Positions 46,516 to 55,039 of a stretch of DNA of 64,000 nucleotides are shown here, piece after piece. How positions within the stretch are numbered: position 1 is the stretch's first letter; each line of letters begins with the position of its first letter. Made by a program: the position numbers and the translations under genes. This DNA is from Chloroflexota bacterium (GTDB lineage: Bacteria; Chloroflexota; UBA11872; VXNJ01), in NCBI GenBank assembly GCA_965263025.1, contig OZ253578.1, positions 879,614 to 943,613 of the forward strand. The letters are read 5' to 3'. The notes beneath the pieces are model-generated. The model was given only the letters and a program-made list of their open reading frames with translations, was not told the DNA's origin and ran no database searches.

Positions 46516-47768
46516 TCGCCGTGCTCTCCAAGCCTGCAGATCAGATTGGCGTAAGTGACCTCAATGAACTGATCGACTCCGAGGTCCCCGAAAGCGATCA
46601 GATCGAGTTCAAGGAAACCCTGTCGACCAAAGACGGGTCTCCAGACAGATGGATAACTCACAGGGATAGAATTGGCGAGAAAGCACGAAACCAGATACTC
46701 GAAGAAACCGTCGCGTTCGCGAACGCCTACGGCGGCGCGCTGCTCTTGGGTATCCGAGAATCCGAGAGCAGACCACCCGTCGCCGCCGAAATCAAGCCCA
46801 TCCCACGCTGCGCAGACCTCGCCGAGCGCCTGAAGCTGAAGTTCCGCGACTGCGTCGAACCGCAGATTCCCCTGATTGAGATATTTGCCGTGCCGACCGA
46901 CGGCGATTGCGGCGTTGTTGTTATTCGTACAAGCCGCTCACGGATGGCGCCCCACCGAGTAATACCGACCGGTAAATGCCCGATCCGGCGCTCTGACAGG
47001 TGCGAGGAGATGACCATGCGAGAAATCCAGGACCTCACGCTGAACCTCTCGCGGGGACTTGAGCGACTGGAGCGGCAGCTTGAGGCGCGCTCGGAGCTCT
47101 TCGAAAAGGAGTTCGACCGCCTGACTACACCTGATGATGCATGGGGCATCCGGGCGACGGCTGCGCCGGTAGGAGAAGATATCCGATTCGACCGCGTTTA
47201 CGGCGTGGCAGATCTATGCACACCTTGGCGCGAAGTTTCATTGATCTTGGAGAATGGGAGGGAAATTCCACTTGATTTTCCAAGCTTCCATCCAAATTGG
47301 CGACCAAGACTACGTGCTGCGCGGGGGGAAGATTCGAGCGGCTCCGACACCGTCGATCTCAACATCTACCGAGAAATCCACTGCGATGGGTTGATTGAAA
47401 TCGGTCTCGTCTACTGCGAGAGATTACGAAGTGGCATGCAAAGCGTCGTTAAGTTATTCCCTTCTTGGCCGGTAGCTGTGTACGCTAATCTGATCGTCTG
47501 GGCCAATGCTGTCAGACATCAAGCATCCTCTCCATCTTCGGAATATGCCATCGATATAGAAGTGAAAAATCAATCTGACTATGTATCAGTAAGAGGATAT
47601 GACCCCGGCGCCTGGGAAGAGGCGGTCCTCAAGCACTCCACGAAGTATCCCCAGTACTCATTGGGAGAACCGAGTGAGATTCCCAATCTCATCTCTCAGT
47701 TCGAACGCGACTTCTGGAATTCCATCGGTCTGGACGTAGAGCCAAGACAGTTCGTGGTGGAGCGTTAA
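46512..47768 (+). CDS. Schlafen/AlbA_2-domain protein with an uncharacterised ~230-aa C-terminal region
   Basis: ESDQIEFKETL...ILEETVAFANAYGGALLLGI...VVVIRTSRSRMAPHRV matches the AlbA_2 (divergent AAA/Schlafen core) pattern. GAAGGAG lies upstream of the ATG. Confidence 0.7.
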   Translation: MIAVLSKPADQIGVSDLNELIDSEVPESDQIEFKETLSTKDGSPDRWITHRDRIGEKARNQILEETVAFANAYGGALLLGIRESESRPPVAAEIKPIPRCADLAERLKLKFRDCVEPQIPLIEIFAVPTDGDCGVVVIRTSRSRMAPHRVIPTGKCPIRRSDRCEEMTMREIQDLTLNLSRGLERLERQLEARSELFEKEFDRLTTPDDAWGIRATAAPVGEDIRFDRVYGVADLCTPWREVSLILENGREIPLDFPSFHPNWRPRLRAARGEDSSGSDTVDLNIYREIHCDGLIEIGLVYCERLRSGMQSVVKLFPSWPVAVYANLIVWANAVRHQASSPSSEYAIDIEVKNQSDYVSVRGYDPGAWEEAVLKHSTKYPQYSLGEPSEIPNLISQFERDFWNSIGLDVEPRQFVVER

Positions 47769-47895
47769 CAGCAGTCTTACCGGTGTTTAACAGCTCACTG
47801 TCCGTAGCTTGAAACTCCATCAACCATACGAATTCTCGCAGGCACGCGGGCCAACGCAACGAACGTAATCGGACAAACGTCGACGCTAGGTCGGG

Positions 47896-50673
47896 TTACT
47901 TCAGATTCATCGCCAGCAACTCCCCCAGCGCATCCTCGTCCGAGATACCGGCCGGCCAGTTGTAGGCGGCTGCGACGGCGGAGTCGAGGGCGGCGTGGGC
48001 GTTGGCGAGCCATTGCGGGCGCTCGTTGTAGAGGTTGGTCAGCGTGCGAGTCTTCAGTTGCTTCGCTGCCGCCTCGCCGCGGGGGACCGGGCGCCTGGGG
48101 TAGTTGGGGGCGGGTTCGTCGATCCAGTCGACCCATTCGGGTGGGTTGAGCCAGCGGTTGCGGAGTTCGACGAGGCGGCGGGCTGCCTGGGCGATGGCGA
48201 TGGCGCGCGGGTCGCTGGCGTAGCTGGCGGCGGGGAGGTCGGGCGTCAGGCCTTCGGGGAATGGGAACGTCTGGAACGTGGTGGTGGGCGTGTAACGCGG
48301 ACGGTCCTCCAGGCTGGTGCCTAGTCGCAGCGACCATGCCTCGTGAAAGCGGCTGTGCAGGATGCCGAAGGTGGTGTCGTCGTCGCGGGCGATCACCACA
48401 AGTTGCTTGTCGGGGCAGATGCGCACGTCACACCACACGAACAGGCGGTGCTTGGCGACTTGCGGCGTGGCGATGTAGCGGGAGAAGCCAGCGAGCGCTT
48501 GCCACATGCGTTTTGGTGGCTCGAAATGGCGGTACCAGTACTTGCGGCGTGCCTCGCGCGGATTTTTCTGACGCATTGGATAGACGCGCGCCTGCACCCG
48601 GCGGAATGGCTCCTCGTACAGCGCCGCCTCGCCGGCTGATATCGTCCAACCGAAGTCCACGATCCACTTGCCTGCTGGTCGCTGGGTCACGTCCCTGCCA
48701 TTCGTCCACGGCTTCAGCACGTCCGCGTTGGTCCGGCCGTTCGGGTTCGCCGGCAGACGGAGCCACTCGCGCGCCAAATCTCCCGCGATGTCGAAGGGAC
48801 CACCTTTCGTGTCGCCCTTGAACACGACGCCAGCATTCGCAGGGAGCGTCTGGACACGGGTGAGATCGATGCCGTCGCTATCCCGCCGCGCCGTCAGATC
48901 GGCGTATATCTCTTCCACGTGGTGTCCATTGAGCCGCGTTTCTGATACGAACTGGTCATCAGTGTGTGCGAAGCAGACCAGCGACACTCGCACTGCTGCC
49001 ACCTCGTTGACCCACGGCTCATCGCTCCACGCCTCGAACAAACGCCGCGTTTCGGTCGCCGCCTGGAGCACCCGTCGGCTCGCCCCGCCCCGGATGGAAT
49101 TGGTCGCGACGAGTCCCGCCCGTGTCGCTCCTCGGGCTCCTATCTGCGTATGGGCCTTGGCGAACCAGTAGCTGACCAAGTCTGCGCCGCCCGGTACGCG
49201 CCCGCTGTAGGCCCTTCGGAGTCGAGACACATAGTCTTTACCGAGCTTCCAAATCTGAAGTCCGGAACCGAGAAACGGCGGGTTTCCTATAATGACATCC
49301 GCTTCCGGCCACGCCGGTTCGCCGCCGTCCTCCGTCAGAACCGCGTCGCGGCATTCGATGGTGTCGAGCGGCTTGAGGATGGGCTTGCGCGACTCGGAAA
49401 AGCCGTTACGCCGCATCCACTGGATTTCGCCGATCCACACCGAGACGCGGGCCAGCTCGGCGGCATAGGGGTTGATCTCGATTCCCTTGACGTTGGCGGG
49501 CCCGATCTCGGGGAAGGTCAGCGGCAGGCCCATCGCGTCCGCCTCAAGTTGCACGCGGTGTTCCAGGTCTTTGAGCGCGTGCAGCGCCAGATAAAGGAAA
49601 TTGCCCGAACCGCAGGCGGGATCGAGCACCGTGAAGCCGCGCAGCCGTTCCAGACAGGCCGCGATCTCGACTTTCGCCGCTTTCCACTCGGCCAGCCAGG
49701 GACGCACGATAACGGGCTCGACGATAAGCATTACCTTGTCGCGGTCGGTGTAGTGCGCGCCCAACTGCGCCCGCTTGCGGGGGTCGAGCCCGCGTTCGAA
49801 CAGCGTGCCCAGGATCGACGGGTCGATCTCCGACCAGTCGAGATCCGCCGTCGCGAGCACCGTTTCAATCTCCGCTTGCTCGAGGGACAGCGCCGAATCG
49901 TCGTCGAACAGCCCGCCGTCGAACCAGGCCACCTCCTCAAAGCCGACCCGGCCGCCCCTGGCCATCGCGCCGAACAGGTCACGGGCAAGATCGACGAATT
50001 CACCCGGCCGGCGCCGCGCTTGCTCCAGCATCCGCGTGAACATGCCGTCAGGCAGCAGACCAACGTCCTCGGCGAACATGCAGAACACGAGCCGGTTGAC
50101 GAAATGCGCCACGACCCGCGGATCGTGGCCTCGCTCCCGCAATCCCTGGGCAAGCGAGGCGAAGGCCGCCGCCGCCCGCTCGGTGAGCGCCTGCCGCGTT
50201 TCGCCGGGCCGCAGGCGCTCCGGGTCCGAGAGCGCCCACTTGAGCTTGTTACGCACTGCCGCGTCGGCGAGATCGTCCAGCCCAAACTCGTGGACCCGGC
50301 TGACGCTGTTGGTCCAGTGGGTGTAGATGCGGAACCGCAGCATGTCCGAGACGATCAGCAGCGGCGGGTTCTCCAGCGCCAGCGCATATTGTCTGAGCTG
50401 TGTGAACGCGGCGTCCAGGTTGGCGCGTTTGCCCTTGTACTCCCAGACAAAGTGATGCCGCTTCCAAACGTCGGCCCAGCCGTCGCCGCCGGTTTCCTTG
50501 CGCGCGCCGCGCTCGAAGCAGTAATGCTCGCCGGTCGGGTCGGCTTCGGCGGGGGTTGGCTCGTCCAGCAGCCGGCACAGGTCGATGAAGTGCTCCTGCG
50601 CCGCCGAGCGCTCCTTCAGCTCCGACGCGCGCCACTTGGCGATGAACCGGTATGGGGTCATATCGTCACCCAC
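47896..50673 (-). CDS. MmeI-family type IIL restriction-modification enzyme (fused endonuclease and N6-adenine methyltransferase)
   Basis: N-terminal WADVWKRHHFVWEYKGK (D...EXK), LVFCMFAEDVGLLP, LGAHYT, LDPACGSGNFLYLAL (SAM motif I), IIGNPPFLGS (motif IV), and a C-terminal FPFP...LTNLYN; 925 aa. The start may be ATG 50661. Confidence 0.85.
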   Translation of the reverse strand: MGDDMTPYRFIAKWRASELKERSAAQEHFIDLCRLLDEPTPAEADPTGEHYCFERGARKETGGDGWADVWKRHHFVWEYKGKRANLDAAFTQLRQYALALENPPLLIVSDMLRFRIYTHWTNSVSRVHEFGLDDLADAAVRNKLKWALSDPERLRPGETRQALTERAAAAFASLAQGLRERGHDPRVVAHFVNRLVFCMFAEDVGLLPDGMFTRMLEQARRRPGEFVDLARDLFGAMARGGRVGFEEVAWFDGGLFDDDSALSLEQAEIETVLATADLDWSEIDPSILGTLFERGLDPRKRAQLGAHYTDRDKVMLIVEPVIVRPWLAEWKAAKVEIAACLERLRGFTVLDPACGSGNFLYLALHALKDLEHRVQLEADAMGLPLTFPEIGPANVKGIEINPYAAELARVSVWIGEIQWMRRNGFSESRKPILKPLDTIECRDAVLTEDGGEPAWPEADVIIGNPPFLGSGLQIWKLGKDYVSRLRRAYSGRVPGGADLVSYWFAKAHTQIGARGATRAGLVATNSIRGGASRRVLQAATETRRLFEAWSDEPWVNEVAAVRVSLVCFAHTDDQFVSETRLNGHHVEEIYADLTARRDSDGIDLTRVQTLPANAGVVFKGDTKGGPFDIAGDLAREWLRLPANPNGRTNADVLKPWTNGRDVTQRPAGKWIVDFGWTISAGEAALYEEPFRRVQARVYPMRQKNPREARRKYWYRHFEPPKRMWQALAGFSRYIATPQVAKHRLFVWCDVRICPDKQLVVIARDDDTTFGILHSRFHEAWSLRLGTSLEDRPRYTPTTTFQTFPFPEGLTPDLPAASYASDPRAIAIAQAARRLVELRNRWLNPPEWVDWIDEPAPNYPRRPVPRGEAAAKQLKTRTLTNLYNERPQWLANAHAALDSAVAAAYNWPAGISDEDALGELLAMNLK

Positions 50674-50949
50674 GGAACCGGCCTTCTATCGGGAAAGTGC
50701 AAGATGTAACTAGCGATTGTTCAGCGTTTACAAACCGCGCCCCACACGAGCAAGATCGTCATACACGGTCTGGTGATTGTCCGACGCATTCGCGCACATG
50801 CGTGAGGACACATGGGTGCTGATCGTGTTCTTCTTGAACCTGGTTCGGCGTTTCCGCATCTCCTCAATCACGTCTTTCGGGCGAAAAGGGTCATGTCCAT
50901 TAGAAACTAGCGCTCTCGCGGGGACTATTAAGGAGGTTAGCCAGAGGAG

Positions 50950-51348
50950 CTAGGGGGGCGAATGAATGTACTTGCTGTTTAGCGTAAACGAGCCGCCTTG
51001 TAATGTGAGGATATAGTGCTCTAGAAAATCCATACCAAGTAATACGTCAAAGTTGTGAGGTTGGAACGGCAACTCGCAAACTTCGAACTTTCGGCTGGTT
51101 ATCCATTGTATGCCGACGTCTGCTGAAGTGAGGGGGACTCCGAGGTGGGTTCGGTATCGGCGCGTCGGGACAGGCTTGCCAGTCGCTGGAATAATATCGA
51201 CGTAGCCAAAGGACCGCAAGACGACCTCTTTCACGACTTTCGGAGAGATCATCGTTCGTTGTGACCCAGTATCCAGCAGGGCAATATAACTATGTTCGTC
51301 CTCAGGGTTCCCGACGATGACTTCTAGGAGTATTTGTCTATCTACGAC
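50950..51348 (-). CDS. retropepsin-like clan AA aspartic protease; the N-terminus including the catalytic DTG lies upstream of the first start codon (51252)
   Basis: The track ORF 50950..51252 contains LLGMDFLEHY. The same frame upstream reads VVDRQILLEVIVGNPEDEHSYIALLDTGSQRT with no ATG/GTG/TTG back to a TAA at 51442..51444. Confidence 0.65.
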   Translation of the reverse strand, partial: VVDRQILLEVIVGNPEDEHSYIALLDTGSQRTMISPKVVKEVVLRSFGYVDIIPATGKPVPTRRYRTHLGVPLTSADVGIQWITSRKFEVCELPFQPHNFDVLLGMDFLEHYILTLQGGSFTLNSKYIHSPP

Positions 51349-51365
51349 TGAGCCGACAAGGTTGG

Positions 51366-51632
51366 CTATTCTCTTATGCCTATCTTGGGAGGGTTGACAA
51401 ACATCGTGAAGAAACCGAGGTTGATTGGCTTCTCTCCGACATTAACGAGAGAGAAGTCCCCCAACCCAAATTTGTCGCATCCGATCTTGTAAGCGTCTTC
51501 ATCGTCGTTATAGACCTCCACGACGTTGCCATCGTGCATGAGGACTGTGCGACCCATATACCTCCTCTCCATTTGATCTTGGACTTTCTCATAAGCCGCT
51601 TGGTTTATATCAAGCTGACTCTCGACTGTCAT
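51366..51632 (-). CDS. small DUF5678-like protein (88 aa), upstream partner of the retropepsin-like gene
   Basis: GRTVLMHDGNVVEVYNDDEDAYKIGCDKFGLGDFSLVNVG resembles the small proteins commonly paired with prokaryotic retropepsin-like proteases. AT-rich DNA. Confidence 0.55.
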   Translation of the reverse strand: MTVESQLDINQAAYEKVQDQMERRYMGRTVLMHDGNVVEVYNDDEDAYKIGCDKFGLGDFSLVNVGEKPINLGFFTMFVNPPKIGIRE

Positions 51633-51946
51633 TTCGCCTCTCCTTCCGATTTTAGATACGCTACATCTAATTTTACTTCTTCATATTCTTAGTCTTAATA
51701 GCCCCCGCTCTCGCCACCATCAATACTTCTTCTCTACACGTCGTCAACTGACACCCTGTGCCATAGCAACCAGTTCTAACCCCGAGAAAAGTCTACTAGC
51801 CAACCCCCCACGCCCACGGTTGTCTGCCCGAAGACACTTGACCTGCGCCCGCAACTTGACAATAATCCGCAGACCGTGCGTGGAGGCAAACGGATCGGCT
51901 GGACCCTCTGGCGCGGTTTTTCGATTTAAATGGTCCACTCAACGAG

Positions 51947-52606
51947 TTGACAAAGGTAATGCCGGCAGACTCTCCCGACGAACTGACCAGCCTCTGGCTG
52001 GCGACGACGATCTACGAACTTGGCGGGATTCAGTTCGGCGACTTCACAATCGGTCGAAGCACCGTCAACTCGCCGGTGTTCCTCAATCCCAAGGTCCTCG
52101 TCAGCAATCCGCGGGCGCTGCGGACCGCCGCCAACCTCATCAACGCCGAAACGGCATCCCGCGCCGCCATGTTGCATCCGCATTGCGGCCCGTTCGACCT
52201 GCTGGCCGGAGTCCCGCTTGGGGGATTGCACGTCGCAACCGCCTTCTCGCTCATCGCGGATCAGCCCATGATTTATGTCAACCCGGGCGGAGCCCGCGAC
52301 GCATCACGGATCGAAGGCCGGTACTTGCCCGGTCAATCGGTTCTGATAGTCGACGATCTGATCACCACCGGAGGATCGGTGATCGCCACGGCCGAAGCGC
52401 TGCGGAGCGCGGGGCTAACGGTCACTGACGCCGTTGTGCTGATCGACCGCGATCAGGGCGCCGACCGCCGGCTTCACTCCCATCAAATAAATCTGATACC
52501 CATCCTGAAACTCACCACCATTCTCAACTTCTACATGTCCGAAGGGTGGATAAGCGAGGACCAGTTTAAAAGGAGCCTGGACTACATACGGAGCAATCGG
52601 GCCTAA
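51947..52606 (+). CDS. pyrE: orotate phosphoribosyltransferase
   Basis: GIQFGDFTIGRSTVNSPVFLNPK and the PRPP loop VLIVDDLITTGGS. The start may be ATG 51959. Confidence 0.8.
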   Translation: MTKVMPADSPDELTSLWLATTIYELGGIQFGDFTIGRSTVNSPVFLNPKVLVSNPRALRTAANLINAETASRAAMLHPHCGPFDLLAGVPLGGLHVATAFSLIADQPMIYVNPGGARDASRIEGRYLPGQSVLIVDDLITTGGSVIATAEALRSAGLTVTDAVVLIDRDQGADRRLHSHQINLIPILKLTTILNFYMSEGWISEDQFKRSLDYIRSNRA

Positions 52607-52643
52607 ATCGGGGGGCTGAGGCCATTGCGCCCACCTATCCAAA

Positions 52644-53804
52644 ATGGATACGTACGTGGCGGGCCGCGGCAGACATCGCGGATATTCGACAGTCAAGTTC
52701 GAACGGGTTCTTTGCGCCCCCGCCGCGCAGACTCGAAACGGCGGCGAAAAGTCCCGGGCCGATCTGTCGCCGCCGCTCTTCAACGAAACCCTGCGAGGAA
52801 GCGGGAACAGCCGGTGGTCGTCCAATCGCTCGGAGACTGTTCCGCTCCTGATCTCCGCCCTGATCATTGGAGCCCTGTTCGCCGTAGCGCTGTCAGTCTG
52901 TACTCTGGCGAATAATCAACCGTCTGAGCCTGCGATCGAAAGCAGCGCGCCGGCGACGACATCAACCGCGGCGGCGGCGGAAGTAGTTTCCGAACCGGCG
53001 GTCAGATCGGGCGTCGACCGTCTGTTCGTCTCGAATGAAGGACTGCCGCCCTCGCCAATAGTCACCGCCGACGCGTACCTGCTCGTCGATCTGGGTACGG
53101 GCGAGATTCTCGCCGAGCGGAACTCCGGGCGCAGAGTTGCCATTGCGAGCTTGACCAAGATCGCCACCGCTCTCGCGATGCTCTCGCTGGCGCCGCCCGA
53201 TCAGATTGTCGAGATCCTTCCCGCGGCGGCGGCCATGCCCCCCAACAGGATGGGATTGTTACCCGGCGACCGGCTGTCAGTTGAGGAATTGCTATACGGG
53301 TTATTGCTCGATTCCGGCAACGACGCCGCTTACGCGCTGGCGGACGGCGTGGGCGGCGTAGACGGGCTCGTTGCAAAAATGAACTCGGTGGCCGCCGAGC
53401 TCGGATTGCGCGATACCCGCTTCGCCAATCCCGCGGGCTTCGACGATCCGAACAATTACTCAACCGCCCGTGACCTGTTCGCGCTGACCGAATTCGCCCT
53501 CGATTCGCAACCGTTGATTCGCGAAATCGTGGCAACGAACCGGAAGGTTATCGAAAGCAGCGCACAGCATGGCTGGTACGCGCCCACCAACCTGAACCGG
53601 CTCTTGACCGAGTATCCGGGGACATTCGGCGTTAAGCCGGGGTGGACCGGCGATTCGGGCTATGCGCTCGTGGCGGGGTCGAAGCAGAATGGCCGGACGC
53701 TAATTGCGATTGTCCTCGGCGCGGATCGGCACTTTAACGACGCAGCCTTGCTTCTGGACTTTGGATTCGGCGTTTACAACTCACGCCCCGCGCCGAGGGG
53801 GTGA
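52644..53804 (+). CDS. D-alanyl-D-alanine carboxypeptidase (peptidase S11, PBP5/6-like)
   Basis: An N-terminal TM, SxxK (ASLTK), SxN (DSGND) and a KTG-like KPGWTG. Confidence 0.8.
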   Translation: MDTYVAGRGRHRGYSTVKFERVLCAPAAQTRNGGEKSRADLSPPLFNETLRGSGNSRWSSNRSETVPLLISALIIGALFAVALSVCTLANNQPSEPAIESSAPATTSTAAAAEVVSEPAVRSGVDRLFVSNEGLPPSPIVTADAYLLVDLGTGEILAERNSGRRVAIASLTKIATALAMLSLAPPDQIVEILPAAAAMPPNRMGLLPGDRLSVEELLYGLLLDSGNDAAYALADGVGGVDGLVAKMNSVAAELGLRDTRFANPAGFDDPNNYSTARDLFALTEFALDSQPLIREIVATNRKVIESSAQHGWYAPTNLNRLLTEYPGTFGVKPGWTGDSGYALVAGSKQNGRTLIAIVLGADRHFNDAALLLDFGFGVYNSRPAPRG

Positions 53805-54052
53805 GGTTGCCAACACCTCGGAGCCGGAAAAAGCGGTACACAGACCCAGGCATCCGGAGCGTGATATTCGCGGGTGAATCCGGCGCGTCCGCAAGTCGTC
53901 GGAGCGGCCTGTCATACTAATGACCATGGGCGCCGCGGGTCGTTGTATAATCGCCGTTAGCCGAGCGCGCAGTTCGCTGGCTGTCTGAATAAACTCGAAC
54001 CAAATCGTTCGTTGTAGTGTTTTCCCGAATTGGGAAGCGAGAGGAGAAGGTC

Positions 54053-54334
54053 TTGCCGTTCATAGGTGGCGTAGGTCCGCTTGAATGGATAATCATCCTG
54101 GTTATCGTGATCATCATTTTCGGCGTGGGCCGTCTCCCAACAGTCGGTGGCGCGCTCGGTAAGAGCATCAGGGAATTCCGAGAACAAGCCAGACCGGAGG
54201 ATATGGAGGACGACGAGGAGGACGGGGAAGCATCTGAAGACGACGAGAACGCGGACGACTCTGGCGAGACCGCGGACGATGAGAAATCGTCATCGGCTGG
54301 TTCCGGTTCCTCCAGCGCCGGTACTTCCAGGTAG
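54053..54334 (+). CDS. tatA: twin-arginine translocase TatA/E family protein
   Basis: [43 protein letters not shown] and an acidic tail. TTG 54053 has GAGGAGAAGG upstream. Confidence 0.85.
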   Translation: MPFIGGVGPLEWIIILVIVIIIFGVGRLPTVGGALGKSIREFREQARPEDMEDDEEDGEASEDDENADDSGETADDEKSSSAGSGSSSAGTSR

Positions 54335-54399
54335 ACCGACTAACCGGCGCCGGCTACAAAGACAAAAGGTCGGCGAATTGGCGGAGCTGGCGGGCCGCT

Positions 54400-54963
54400 C
54401 TAGGTGATCCGGCGCAGCCCGGCGGGTAGAAATTGCAGCCAGGCGCGGTCGATCCGCCCGCTGGCCCGCTGCAATATCAGCTTTTCGACGGTGAGCGCCG
54501 GCCGACTCGGGATCTGGTTCAATCGCATCCCCGCGTCTCGCGGCGTCCGCCCGCCCTTTTTGCGATTGCACGACTGACAGGCGCTCACCAGATTTTCCCA
54601 GCGGCGCTTGCCGCCCAGACGGCGAGGCATCACGTGATCGATGGTCAGTTGCGCCTGGACCTCGCCGCAATACTGGCAAGCGTAGCCGTCGCGGGCGAAG
54701 ATCTCCCGGCGAGTCAGCTTTACGTTAGGCGTCGGCCGCCGGACGTAGTACTTGAGCTTGATGACCGAAGGACGGACCAGCCTGGCGGTCGAGGTTCTGA
54801 TGTTTCGCGCGTACCGCTCCAGAACCTCGGCCTTGCCCTTTTCGACGAGAACGAAAGCGCGTCGAAAATGACAGATATTCAGAGGCGAATAATCTTGATT
54901 GAGAACTAATACCTGCAACGTCCGCGTCCAGACACTTGAATTGCCGGCGACGAATAATGTCAC
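54400..54963 (-). CDS. HNH endonuclease
   Basis: YACQYCGE...LTIDHVMPRRLGG...NLVSACQSCNRKKG. Confidence 0.85.
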   Translation of the reverse strand: MTLFVAGNSSVWTRTLQVLVLNQDYSPLNICHFRRAFVLVEKGKAEVLERYARNIRTSTARLVRPSVIKLKYYVRRPTPNVKLTRREIFARDGYACQYCGEVQAQLTIDHVMPRRLGGKRRWENLVSACQSCNRKKGGRTPRDAGMRLNQIPSRPALTVEKLILQRASGRIDRAWLQFLPAGLRRIT

Positions 54964-55039
54964 ACAACCGTAATATTACCTATCCGGCTATTTGAATTCC
55001 TCATGAGCAGAGCGTTGCTGTTTCGCCCAGGACCGTACG

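Noticed and set aside
47896-50673. Reading the large methyltransferase as a BREX PglX or as part of a type I system.
   Set aside because: The N-terminal D...EXK MmeI-type nuclease domain is present. No BrxA/B/C/L, PglZ, HsdS or HsdR genes are nearby. The architecture matches stand-alone type IIL enzymes.
51366-51445. Programmed -1 ribosomal frameshift joining the DUF5678-like ORF to the retropepsin frame.
   Set aside because: No X-XXY-YYZ slippery heptamer exists in the zero frame of the overlap (the candidates GGTTTCT, CCCTCCC and TCCCAAG all fail the pattern). It is kept only as a minor alternative in the finding.
44601-51812. The 8-mer AGCCAACC near both island edges as an att-like direct repeat.
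   Set aside because: It is too short to be distinguishable from chance in 64 kb, and no recombinase gene is present.
53921-53951. A sigma70-like promoter for tatA (TGACCA-N19-TATAAT).
   Set aside because: The -10 box is consensus, but the spacing is 19 nt and the -35 matches only 4/6. Promoter rules for this lineage are unknown, so it is not reported as a feature.
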